Positions 19,212 to 27,283 of a stretch of DNA of 39,152 bases are shown here, one piece after another. The translations under genes and the position numbers were made by a program. This DNA is from a phage, in sequence record PX759567.1; one strand, given 5' to 3'. The notes beneath the pieces were generated by a model. It was not told where the DNA came from. It saw nothing but the letters and a program-made list of their open reading frames with translations, and did not search any database. Each line of letters opens with the position of its first letter. Positions within the stretch are counted from its first letter, which is position 1.

Positions 19212-20888
19212 ATGACTAACGCAATTAAAACCGTTTTGACTTACCAGTTAGATGGATCCAATCGTGATTTTAATATCCCGTTTGAGTATCTAGCCCGTAA
19301 GTTCGTAGTGGTAACTCTTATTGGTGTAGACCGAAAGGTCCTTACGATTAATACAGACTATCGCTTTGCTACGCGTACTACTATCTCTCTGACAAAGGCT
19401 TGGGGTCCAGCCGATGGCTACACGACCATCGAGTTACGTCGAGTAACCTCCACTACCGACCGATTGGTTGACTTTACGGATGGTTCAATCCTCCGAGCGT
19501 ATGACCTTAACGTAGCTCAGATTCAAACGATGCACGTAGCGGAAGAGGCCCGTGACCTCACTGCTGATACTATCGGTGTCAATAATGATGGTAACTTGGA
19601 TGCGCGTGGTCGTCGCATTGTAAACCTAGCGAACGCCGTGGATGACCGCGATGCTGTTCCGTTTGGTCAACTTAAGACCATGAACCAGAACTCGTGGCAG
19701 GCTCGTAATGAGGCACTACAGTTCCGTAATGAGGCTGAGACTTTCAGAAATCAAGCGGAGGGCTTTAAGAACGAGTCCAGTACCAACGCTACGAACACAA
19801 AGCAGTGGCGCGATGAGACCAAGGGTTTCCGAGACGAAGCCGAGCAGTCCAAGAATACGGCTGGTCAATACGCTACATCTGCTGGGAACTCTGCTACTGC
19901 TGCGCATCAATCTGAGGTAAATGCTGGGAGCTCTGCTACAGCATCTACTAACTCTGCGCATTTGGCAGAACAACACGCAGACCGTGCGGAACGCGAAGCA
20001 GACAAGCTGGGGAATTTTAACGGACTAGCTGGCGCAATTGACAGGGTGGATGGAACCAATGTGTACTGGAAAGGAGGTATCCATGCGAACGGACGCCTTT
20101 ACCTTACCTCAGATGGTTTTGACTGTGGCCAGTATCAACAGTTCTTTGGTGGTGGCACTAATAGTTATTCTGTCATGGAGTGGGGAGATGATAGCGGATG
20201 GCTGATGCATGTTCAACGTAGAGAGTGGACAACAGCGATAGGCAGTAACATCCAGTTAGTAGTAAACGGACAGATCATCACCCAAGGTGGAGCCATGACC
20301 GGTCAGCTAAAATTGCAGAATGGGCATGTTCTTCAATTAGAGTCCGCATCCGACAAGGCTCACTATATTCTATCTAAAGATGGTAACAGGAATAACTGGT
20401 ACATTGGTAGAGGGTCAGATAACAACAATGACTGTACCTTCCACTCCTATGTACATGGTACGACCTTAACACTCAAGCAGGACTATGCAGTAGTTAACAA
20501 ACACTTCCACGTAGGTCAGGCCGTTGTGTCCACTGATGGTAATATTCAAGGTACTAAGTGGGGAGGTAAGTGGCTTGATGTTTACCTAAACGATACTTAC
20601 GTTAAGAAGACAATGGCTTGGACTCAAGTATGGGCTGCTGATAGTGGTAAGTACCTGCCAGGAGGTTCTCAGACTGATACTCTCCCACAGGACTTGCGAT
20701 TCCGCAACATATGGATTAGGACCAGAAACAACTATTGGAACTTCTTCCGAACTGGTCCTGATGGTATCTACTTCCTTTCAGCCGAGGGCGGTTGGCTAAA
20801 ATTCCAGATACACTCTAATGGCAGGGTATTTAAGAACATATCGGATGGAAATGCTCCTCCAACAGCAATAGCCGTAGAGGACGTGTAA
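19212..20888 (+). CDS. 17: tail fibre protein gp17
   Basis: 558-aa ORF; N-terminal and central parts T7-like, C-terminal tip divergent. Confidence 0.95.
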   Translation: MTNAIKTVLTYQLDGSNRDFNIPFEYLARKFVVVTLIGVDRKVLTINTDYRFATRTTISLTKAWGPADGYTTIELRRVTSTTDRLVDFTDGSILRAYDLNVAQIQTMHVAEEARDLTADTIGVNNDGNLDARGRRIVNLANAVDDRDAVPFGQLKTMNQNSWQARNEALQFRNEAETFRNQAEGFKNESSTNATNTKQWRDETKGFRDEAEQSKNTAGQYATSAGNSATAAHQSEVNAGSSATASTNSAHLAEQHADRAEREADKLGNFNGLAGAIDRVDGTNVYWKGGIHANGRLYLTSDGFDCGQYQQFFGGGTNSYSVMEWGDDSGWLMHVQRREWTTAIGSNIQLVVNGQIITQGGAMTGQLKLQNGHVLQLESASDKAHYILSKDGNRNNWYIGRGSDNNNDCTFHSYVHGTTLTLKQDYAVVNKHFHVGQAVVSTDGNIQGTKWGGKWLDVYLNDTYVKKTMAWTQVWAADSGKYLPGGSQTDTLPQDLRFRNIWIRTRNNYWNFFRTGPDGIYFLSAEGGWLKFQIHSNGRVFKNISDGNAPPTAIAVEDV

Positions 20889-20946
20889 TAAGCATCAAAG
20901 GAACTACTTTAAGTCCACGGATGGACTATCACACTAAGGAGGACAC

Positions 20947-21150
20947 ATGTTGTCATTGGATTTTAACAACGAACTAATTAAAGCGGCACCGATTGTAGGT
21001 ACAGGTGTTGCGGATGTTAGTGCAAGACTGTTCTTCGGGCTAAGCCTGAATGAATGGTTCTATGTGGCTGCTATCGCCTACACAGTGGTTCAGATTGGTG
21101 CCAAGGTAGTCGATAAGGTGATTGACTGGAAGAAAGCCAATAAGGAGTGA
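20947..21150 (+). CDS. 17.5: holin gp17.5
   Basis: 67-aa ORF with hydrophobic segment, same length as T7 gp17.5. Confidence 0.9.
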   Translation: MLSLDFNNELIKAAPIVGTGVADVSARLFFGLSLNEWFYVAAIAYTVVQIGAKVVDKVIDWKKANKE

Positions 21151-21155
21151 TATGT

Positions 21156-21425
21156 ATGGAAAAAGATAAGAGCCTCATTACGTTCTTAGAGATGTTGGAT
21201 ACTGCGATGGCTCAGCGTATGCTTGCGGACCTTTCGGACCCTGAGCGCCGCTCTCCACAACTCTATAACGCCATCAATAAACTGTTAGACCGCCATAAGT
21301 TCCAGATTGGTAAGTTGCAGCCGGATGTTCACATCTTGGGTGGCCTTGCTGGTGCTCTTGAGGAGTACAAAGAGAAAGTCGGTGACAACGGTCTTACGGA
21401 TGACGATATTTATACACTACAGTGA
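21156..21425 (+). CDS. 18: terminase small subunit gp18
   Basis: 89 aa from ATG 21156 (MEKDKSLITFLEML...); ORF track begins at upstream GTG 21147. Confidence 0.85.
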   Translation: MEKDKSLITFLEMLDTAMAQRMLADLSDPERRSPQLYNAINKLLDRHKFQIGKLQPDVHILGGLAGALEEYKEKVGDNGLTDDDIYTLQ

Positions 21426-21465
21426 TATGCTCAAGGTCCTACATATTGGGGCCTTTATGGATGTC
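21426..21465 (+). promoter_or_regulatory. RNase III site R18.5
   Basis: CTCAAGGTCC ... GGGGCCTTTATGG motif. Confidence 0.55.
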
Positions 21466-21518
21466 ATTGTCTATACGAGATGCTCCTACGTGAAATCTGA
21501 AAGTTAACGGGAGGCATT

Positions 21519-21962
21519 ATGCTAGAATTTTTGCGTAAACTCGTCCCTTGGGTTCTCGCTGGGATGCTATTCGGATTGGGATGGCACCTTGGGTCAGACT
21601 CAATGGACGCTAAATGGAAACAGGAGGTACAGAATGAGTACGTTAAGAGAGTTGAGGCTACGGCGAGTACTCAAAGAGCAATCAATGAAATATCGGCTAA
21701 GTATCAAGAAGACCTTGCCGCGATGGAAGGGAGCACTGATAGGATTATTTCTGATTTGCGTAGCGACAATAAGCGGTTGCGCGTCAGAGTCAAAACTACC
21801 GGAACCTCCGATGGTCAGTGTGGATTCGAGCCTGATGGTAGAGCCGAACTTGACGACCGAGATGCTAAACGTATTCTCGCAGTGACCCAGAAGGGTGACG
21901 CATGGATTCGTGCGTTACAGGATACTATTCGTGAACTGCAACGTAAGCAGGAAATCAAGTAA
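21519..21962 (+). CDS. 18.5: gp18.5 i-spanin (Rz-like)
   Basis: 147-aa ORF with N-terminal TM segment; position as T7 gene 18.5. Confidence 0.85.
   Translation: MLEFLRKLVPWVLAGMLFGLGWHLGSDSMDAKWKQEVQNEYVKRVEATASTQRAINEISAKYQEDLAAMEGSTDRIISDLRSDNKRLRVRVKTTGTSDGQCGFEPDGRAELDDRDAKRILAVTQKGDAWIRALQDTIRELQRKQEIK
21634..21885 (+). CDS. 18.7: gp18.7 o-spanin lipoprotein (Rz1-like), embedded in 18.5 in another frame
   Basis: 83 aa from ATG 21634; signal and lipobox LICVATISGCAS; Pro-rich. Confidence 0.75.
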   Translation: MSTLRELRLRRVLKEQSMKYRLSIKKTLPRWKGALIGLFLICVATISGCASESKLPEPPMVSVDSSLMVEPNLTTEMLNVFSQ

Positions 21963-21971
21963 GGAGGCAAC

Positions 21972-22454
21972 ATGTCTACTCAAGCCAATCGTAATGCGCT
22001 CGTAGTGGCGCAACTGAAAGGAGACTTCGTGGCGTTCCTGTTCGTCTTATGGAAGGCGTTAAACCTTCCTGTTCCAACTAAGTGTCAGATTGACATGGCT
22101 AAGGTGCTGGCGAATGGAGACAACAAGAAGTTCATCTTACAGGCTTTCCGTGGTATCGGTAAGTCGTTCATCACGTGTGCGTTCGTTGTGTGGTCCTTAT
22201 GGAGAGACCCTCAGTTGAAGATACTTATCGTATCAGCCTCTAAGGAACGTGCAGACGCTAACTCCATCTTTATTAAGAACATCATTGACCTGCTGCCGTT
22301 TCTCAGCGAGTTGAAGCCAAGACCCGGACAGCGTGACTCTGTGATTAGTTTCGACGTAGGTCCAGCTAAGCCTGACCACTCTCCTAGTGTGAAATCGGTA
22401 GGTATCACCGGTCAGTTAACTGGTAGCCGTGCTGACATTATTATTGCGGACGAT
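21972..22454 (+). CDS. 19: terminase large subunit gp19, exon 1
   Basis: N-terminal 161 codons matching T7 gp19 (...[15 protein letters not shown]); frame then hits GAA TAA inside the intron. Confidence 0.9.
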
Positions 22455-23290
22455 GAATAACCATGTCGTCCTTAAACCCATCTAAACAGGGAAACCCGGA
22501 GCCTAACATGGTATACGGCAATCCTGTGCTAAATGAGACAGCCATAAAGAGCCTTATAGGCCCCCTAAGCGTCTCTAAATGCCAAACGACTAAGTAGTAG
22601 GGCCAAGTGGCTCGAAACGGTGGGAGAGCATTTACGGATGCTCTAAGATATAGTCTCGTCTATGGTGAGAAGCCATAGCACCATTTATTACGTAACACAT
22701 AAGGAGTCTAACATGACCACTATGAAGAAAACTCGATATGAAGTAGGTTCAATCCATGAGTCCCCTAAAGGTCCGCTCAAGGTCCTCGAGTACATTCCGG
22801 GATATAAGGACCGCTCAACAGGTAAAAAAGTACATCCTCGCGTAGTAATTCGTATGATGAACACAGGGACTGTGCTCAACGTTCAAACCACGAATATACC
22901 AGATGGTAAGTTTGAGGACTATCGACGTACCACAGTTTACGGCATTGGGTATATAGGGTCTTCCATTAAAATCACCGCTAGAGGGACATTCATCCGGCGT
23001 GTGTATGACCTATGGGCCAACATGCTTAAGCGCGTGGTTCATGAGTATCAGGGAGTATCCGTGGACCCAAGATGGCTCAACTTTACGAATTTCTTGGCGA
23101 CTATTCCGGATGTTAAGGGATATGCTGCGTGGGAGCGTGGTGAGGATGTTCATCTGGATAAAGACCTAGCTGGGAATAAACGATACTCATTGGAGGACTG
23201 TGCGTTCATTCCAGCTAAAGACAACATTCGAGAGTCTTCGTTACGTAGGTGGCGTAAGAAATAACGAGCTTACGTTAAGATAATTATTCG
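22455..23290 (+). mobile_element. group I self-splicing intron (probably IA-type) within gene 19
   Basis: P1: exon GGACGAU (22448-22454) pairs with IGS GUCGUCC (22465-22471), U.G at splice site; ends in G; R/S-like core CGACUA (22587-22592) and AAGAUAUAGUC (22645-22655); P8-like hairpin 22625-22644; ligated exons restore D-D-V-E. Confidence 0.85.
22713..23264 (+). CDS. intron-encoded protein, family not recognised (putative homing endonuclease)
   Basis: 183 aa from ATG 22713 with AAGGAG 6 nt upstream (ORF track starts at 22662); lies 3' of the P7 strand; no canonical HNH, GIY-YIG or LAGLIDADG motif seen. Confidence 0.7.
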   Translation: MTTMKKTRYEVGSIHESPKGPLKVLEYIPGYKDRSTGKKVHPRVVIRMMNTGTVLNVQTTNIPDGKFEDYRRTTVYGIGYIGSSIKITARGTFIRRVYDLWANMLKRVVHEYQGVSVDPRWLNFTNFLATIPDVKGYAAWERGEDVHLDKDLAGNKRYSLEDCAFIPAKDNIRESSLRRWRKK

Positions 23291-24568
23291 GTGGAAATTC
23301 CATCTAACAGTGCAACTATGGGTGCCCGTGAGAAGTTATGGACTCTTGTTCAGGAGTTCGCTGCGTTACTTAAGCCGCTGCCTTCCTCTCGTGTTATCTA
23401 CCTTGGAACACCTCAGACCGAGATGACTCTCTATAAGGAACTTGAGGATAACCGTGGGTATACCACTATTATCTGGCCTGCTCTGTACCCAAGGACACAC
23501 GAAGAGAACCTCTATTACTCACAGCGTCTTGCTCCTATGCTACGTGCTGAGTACGATGAGAACCCTGAGGCACTCGCTGGGACTCCAACAGACCCTGTGC
23601 GCTTTGACCGTGATGACCTGCGTGAGCGTGAGTTGGAATACGGTAAGGCTGGCTTCACACTACAGTTCATGCTTAACCCGAACCTGAGTGATGCTGAGAA
23701 GTACCCTCTGAGGCTCCGTGACGCTATCGTAGCGGCCTTAGACTTAGAGAAGGCCCCAATGCATTACCAGTGGCTTCCGAACCGTCAGAACATCATTGAG
23801 GACCTTCCTAACGTTGGCCTTAAGGGTGATGACCTTCATACTTATCATGATTGCTCCAACAACTCAGGTCAGTACCAACAGAAGATTCTGGTCATTGACC
23901 CTAGTGGTCGCGGTAAGGACGAAACAGGTTACGCTGTGCTGTACACTCTGAACGGCTACATCTACCTAATGGAAGCTGGAGGTTTCCGTGATGGTTACTC
24001 CGATAAGACCCTTGAGTTGCTCGCTAAGAAAGCGAAGCAATGGGGAGTCCAGACGGTTGTCTACGAGAGTAACTTCGGTGACGGTATGTTTGGTAAGGTG
24101 TTCAGTCCTATCCTTCTTAAACACCACAACTGTGCAATGGAAGAGATTCGTGCTCGTGGTATGAAGGAGATGCGTATTTGTGATACCCTTGAGCCAGTCA
24201 TGCAGACTCACCGCCTTGTCATTCGTGATGAGGTCATTAGGGCCGACTACCAGTCCGCTCGTGACGTAGACGGTAAGCATGACGTTAAGTACTCACTGTT
24301 CTACCAGATGACCCGTATCACTCGCGAGAAAGGTGCTCTGGCTCATGATGACCGATTGGATGCCCTTGCGTTAGGCATTGAGTATCTCCGTGAGTCCATG
24401 CAGTTGGATTCCGTTAAGGTCGAAGGTGAAGTAATTGCTGACTTCCTTGAGGAACACATGATGCGCCCTACAGTGTCTGCTACCCACATCATTGAGATGT
24501 CTGTAGGAGGAGTTGATGTGTACTCTGAGGACGATGAGGGTTACGGTACGTCTTTCATTGAGTGGTAA
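23291..24568 (+). CDS. 19: terminase large subunit gp19, exon 2
   Basis: translation (V)[22 protein letters not shown]...SFIEW continues the T7 gp19 sequence; the GTG at 23291 is codon V, not a start. Confidence 0.9.
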   Translation: MEIPSNSATMGAREKLWTLVQEFAALLKPLPSSRVIYLGTPQTEMTLYKELEDNRGYTTIIWPALYPRTHEENLYYSQRLAPMLRAEYDENPEALAGTPTDPVRFDRDDLRERELEYGKAGFTLQFMLNPNLSDAEKYPLRLRDAIVAALDLEKAPMHYQWLPNRQNIIEDLPNVGLKGDDLHTYHDCSNNSGQYQQKILVIDPSGRGKDETGYAVLYTLNGYIYLMEAGGFRDGYSDKTLELLAKKAKQWGVQTVVYESNFGDGMFGKVFSPILLKHHNCAMEEIRARGMKEMRICDTLEPVMQTHRLVIRDEVIRADYQSARDVDGKHDVKYSLFYQMTRITREKGALAHDDRLDALALGIEYLRESMQLDSVKVEGEVIADFLEEHMMRPTVSATHIIEMSVGGVDVYSEDDEGYGTSFIEW

Positions 24569-24605
24569 TTTATGAGGCCAAGGAAGGCCACTTTAAGGAG
24601 GTAAT

Positions 24606-25067
24606 ATGATAAACAAGAAGAAGTATGTTGTCGATAAGGAGACTGGTTGCTGGAACTTTAAGGGATGCAAGACTAAGACAGGCTATGGTCGTCTCCGTGT
24701 AAATGGAGTCCATTGGATGGCTCACAGGTATTCCCTGAGTTGTCATCTAGGTAGACCGATAGCTGATGGAATGGTTGTGATGCACCTTTGTGATAACCCG
24801 TCATGTGTTAACCCTGAGCACCTTAAGGAAGGGACTCAGAAGGAGAATATGGATGACTGTAAGGCCAAAGGTAGGATGTACAGACCGGGGGCCACAGGCA
24901 AACCAAAGACCAGTACGGCGAAGGTTATCTATCACGATGACTGGCGTAAAGACCAAGTTATCCGCTACCATGTACGCTGGAAATGGAAGCCGTCTCGTAT
25001 TGCTGAGAAGATGAGACTATCTATAACGTGGGTTAAGAGGGTCTTAGAGGAGTACGTAAGTCATTGA
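24606..25067 (+). CDS. free-standing HNH homing endonuclease (HNH_3-like)
   Basis: 153-aa ORF, strong RBS TAAGGAGG; motifs GCWNF..TGYGRL..AHRYS..HLCDNPSCVNPEHL..EN; no counterpart at this locus in T7. Confidence 0.85.
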   Translation: MINKKKYVVDKETGCWNFKGCKTKTGYGRLRVNGVHWMAHRYSLSCHLGRPIADGMVVMHLCDNPSCVNPEHLKEGTQKENMDDCKAKGRMYRPGATGKPKTSTAKVIYHDDWRKDQVIRYHVRWKWKPSRIAEKMRLSITWVKRVLEEYVSH

Positions 25068-25119
25068 TATTTGAAAATAGTGAAACAGGTCTAAATGTAT
25101 GTTTTTAAAGGCTGGAATC

Positions 25120-25142
25120 TAATTCGACTCACTATAGGGGAG
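25120..25142 (+). promoter_or_regulatory. T7 RNAP promoter phiOR
   Basis: TAATTCGACTCACTATAGGGGAG, two mismatches to consensus. Confidence 0.75.
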
Positions 25143-25245
25143 AGCCTACCTAAAGATAACTATAAGACTTACTATCAGACTTAAAGTGTCCTATAAGGTA
25201 GGTTGTTATTATTGTTAATACAACCAACATAAAGGGAGGAGACTC

Positions 25246-25395
25246 ATGTTCCGCTTATTGTTGACCTTGTTGCGGCATAGAGTCACCTACCGATTTCTTG
25301 TGGTACTTTGTGCTGCCCTTGGGTACGCATCTCTTACTGGAGACCTCAGTTCACTGGAGTCTACCGTTTGCTCTATACTCACTTGTAGCGATTAA
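25246..25395 (+). CDS. 19.5: gene 19.5 protein
   Basis: 49-aa ORF MFRLLLTLLRHRVTYRFLVVLCAALGYASLTGDLSSLESTVCSILTCSD. Confidence 0.8.
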   Translation: MFRLLLTLLRHRVTYRFLVVLCAALGYASLTGDLSSLESTVCSILTCSD

Positions 25396-25635
25396 GGTCT
25401 TCCTGACCGACTGATGGCTCACCGAGGGATTCAGCGGTATGATTGCATCACACCACTTCATCCCTATAGAGTCAAGTCCTAAGGTATACCCTATAAAGAG
25501 CCTCTAATGGTCTATCCTAAGGTCTATACCTAAAGATAGGCCATCCTATCAGTGTCACCTAAAGAGGGTCTAAGAGAGGGCCTAAGGAGTTCCTAGAGGG
25601 TCCTTTAAAATATACCATAAAAATCTGAGTGACTA

Positions 25636-25800
25636 TCTCACAGTGTACGGACCCAAAGTTCCCCCATAGGGGGTACCTAAAGCCCAGCCAATCACCTAAA
25701 GTCAACCTTCGGTTGACCTTGAGGGTTCCCTAGGGGTTGGGATGACCCTTGGGTTTACCTTTGAGTGTTGCCTTGGGTGTAACCTTGAGTGTCTCTCTGT
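25636..25800. repeat. terminal repeat region / concatemer junction (single copy in this permuted representation)
   Basis: TCTCACAGTGTACGGACC... matches the T7 left-end sequence as recalled; TR extent (about 160 bp) inferred from T7. Confidence 0.5.
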
Positions 25801-25819
25801 GTCCCTATCTGTTACAGTC

Positions 25820-25975
25820 TCCTAAAGTATCCTCCTAAAGTCACCTCCTAAAGTCATTCCTACCGTCTACAACCTAAAGCCTACACCTAAAGACGCCATC
25901 AAGTCAATGCCTATCTTAAAGTTAAAACATAAAGACCATACCTAAAGACACTACATAAAGACCATACCTAAAGAT
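25820..25975. repeat. array of short CCTAAAG-type repeats flanking the terminal repeat
   Basis: repeated CCTAAAG / ACCTAAAGAC units at irregular spacing, as at T7 genome ends. Confidence 0.6.
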
Positions 25976-26022
25976 GCCTTGTTGTTAGCCATAAAGAGAT
26001 AACCTTTAATCATTGTCTTTAT

Positions 26023-26045
26023 TAATACGACTCACTATAAGGAGA
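26023..26045 (+). promoter_or_regulatory. T7 RNAP promoter phiOL
   Basis: TAATACGACTCACTATAAGGAGA. Confidence 0.8.
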
Positions 26046-26097
26046 GACTACTTAAAGAGGCCTTAAAGATGGATTAATTTAAAGATTTATTAAAAAA

Positions 26098-26140
26098 GAG
26101 TATTGACTTAAAGTCTAACCTATAGGATACTTACAGCCAT
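26098..26140 (+). promoter_or_regulatory. host RNAP early promoter A1
   Basis: TTGACT (-35) ... TAGGATACT (-10), spacing about 17. Confidence 0.8.
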
Positions 26141-26224
26141 TGAGAGGGACACGGCGAATAACCATCCCAATCGATACCGGGGTCAACCGGATAAGTAGAC
26201 AGCCTGATAAGTCGTATGAAAAAC

Positions 26225-26270
26225 AGGTATTGACAACACGAAGTAACATGAAGTAAGATACACAGCGCTA
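26225..26270 (+). promoter_or_regulatory. host RNAP early promoter A2
   Basis: TTGACA ... TAAGATAC. Confidence 0.75.
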
Positions 26271-26349
26271 GGTAACACTAGCAGCGTCAACCACTGATAC
26301 GGTGTCTTCTAGGTGACTTAAGCGCACCACGGCACATAAAGTGAAACAA

Positions 26350-26392
26350 AACGGTTGACAACATGAAGTAAACACGGTACGATGTACCACGA
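26350..26392 (+). promoter_or_regulatory. host RNAP early promoter A3
   Basis: TTGACA ... TACGATGTACC. Confidence 0.75.
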
Positions 26393-26479
26393 AATGACGG
26401 AACAGTGAGTCACCACACTGAAAGGTGATGCGGTCTAACGAAACCTGACCAAAGACGCTCTTTAACAATCTGGTAAACG

Positions 26480-26545
26480 GCTCTTGAGTGTACACACGTA
26501 GCGGATAACTCAAGGGTATCGCAAGGTGCCCTTTATGATATCCAC
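26480..26545 (+). promoter_or_regulatory. RNase III site R0.3
   Basis: CTCTTGAGTG ... ACTCAAGGGTATCGCAAGGTGCCCTTTATGAT. Confidence 0.55.
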
Positions 26546-26570
26546 TAACAACACTATGAGGTAACACACA

Positions 26571-26933
26571 ATGGCTATGTCTAACATGACTTATAACAAC
26601 GTTTTCGACCACGCTTACGAAATGCTGAAAGAAAACATCCGTTATGATGACATCCGTGACGCTGATGACCTGCACGATGCAGTACACATGGCAGCCGATA
26701 GCGCCGTTCCGCACTATTACAGCGACATTTTCAGCGTAATGGCAAGCGAGGGCATTGATCTTGAGTTTGAGGACTCTGGTCTTATGCCGGACACCAAGGA
26801 CGTAATCCGTATCCTACAAGCGCGTATCTATGAGCAATTAACGATTGACCTCTGGGAAGACGCTGAGGACTTGCTGAACGAGTATCTTGAGGAAGTCGAG
26901 GAAGATGAAGACTACGAAGAGGATGAAGAGTAA
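26571..26933 (+). CDS. ocr: Ocr, DNA-mimic anti-restriction protein gp0.3
   Basis: 120-aa highly acidic [25 protein letters not shown]...EEDEE. Confidence 0.95.
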   Translation: MAMSNMTYNNVFDHAYEMLKENIRYDDIRDADDLHDAVHMAADSAVPHYYSDIFSVMASEGIDLEFEDSGLMPDTKDVIRILQARIYEQLTIDLWEDAEDLLNEYLEEVEEDEDYEEDEE

Positions 26934-27088
26934 TGGCTAACAACACCACGCAATACGGTCTGACCGCTCAAACTGTACTGTTTTATAGTGACATGGTGCG
27001 CTGTGGCTTTGATTGGTCGCTCGCAATGTCACACCTTAAGGAACTGTACGAAAACAACAAGGCAATAGCCTTGGAGTCTGCTGAGTGA
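26933..27088 (+). CDS. 0.4: gene 0.4 protein (FtsZ inhibitor in T7)
   Basis: 51-aa [54 protein letters not shown]. Confidence 0.8.
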   Translation: MANNTTQYGLTAQTVLFYSDMVRCGFDWSLAMSHLKELYENNKAIALESAE

Positions 27089-27130
27089 TAAACTCAAGGT
27101 CGCTCCTTGTGAGTGGCCTTTATGATTATC
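27088..27130 (+). promoter_or_regulatory. RNase III site R0.5
   Basis: ACTCAAGGTC ... GGCCTTTATGATT. Confidence 0.55.
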
Positions 27131-27148
27131 ACTTTACTTACGGGAGTA

Positions 27149-27283
27149 ATGTATATGCTTACTATCGGTCTACTCACCGCTCTGGGTCTAGCTGTAGGCG
27201 CATCCTTTGGGAAGTCTTTGGGTGTAGCTGTAGGCTCTTACTTGGTCGCTTGTATCATTACGGGAGCACTGCGCAAATGCTGA
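27149..27283 (+). CDS. 0.5: gene 0.5 small membrane protein
   Basis: 44-aa hydrophobic ORF MYMLTIGLLTALGLAVGASFGK... Confidence 0.6.
   Translation: MYMLTIGLLTALGLAVGASFGKSLGVAVGSYLVACIITGALRKC

Noticed and set aside
21307-21507. 66-aa ORF between genes 18 and 18.5
   Set aside because: Overlaps the 3' end of gene 18 out of frame and runs through the R18.5 hairpin; no RBS and no T7 counterpart.
21972-24568. Possibility that the gene 19 interruption is an intein or a genuine split gene
   Set aside because: The intervening sequence has stop codons in the gene 19 frame and RNA-level group I features (P1 with U.G, terminal G, P7 core), and its ORF is in a different context; an intein would be an in-frame protein insertion.
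24790-25014. 74-aa alternative-frame ORF inside the HNH gene
   Set aside because: Embedded in the better-supported HNH reading frame, which has a clear motif set and a strong RBS.
25820-25975. Short direct repeats (CCTAAAG units), considered as a possible CRISPR array
   Set aside because: Repeats are 7 bp with irregular, very short spacing and no spacer structure; they correspond to the known T7 end-proximal repeats.
26268-26714. 148-aa minus-strand ORF spanning the A3 promoter, R0.3 and the start of gene 0.3
   Set aside because: Overlaps the early promoter/leader region and the ocr gene antisense; no support for minus-strand transcription.
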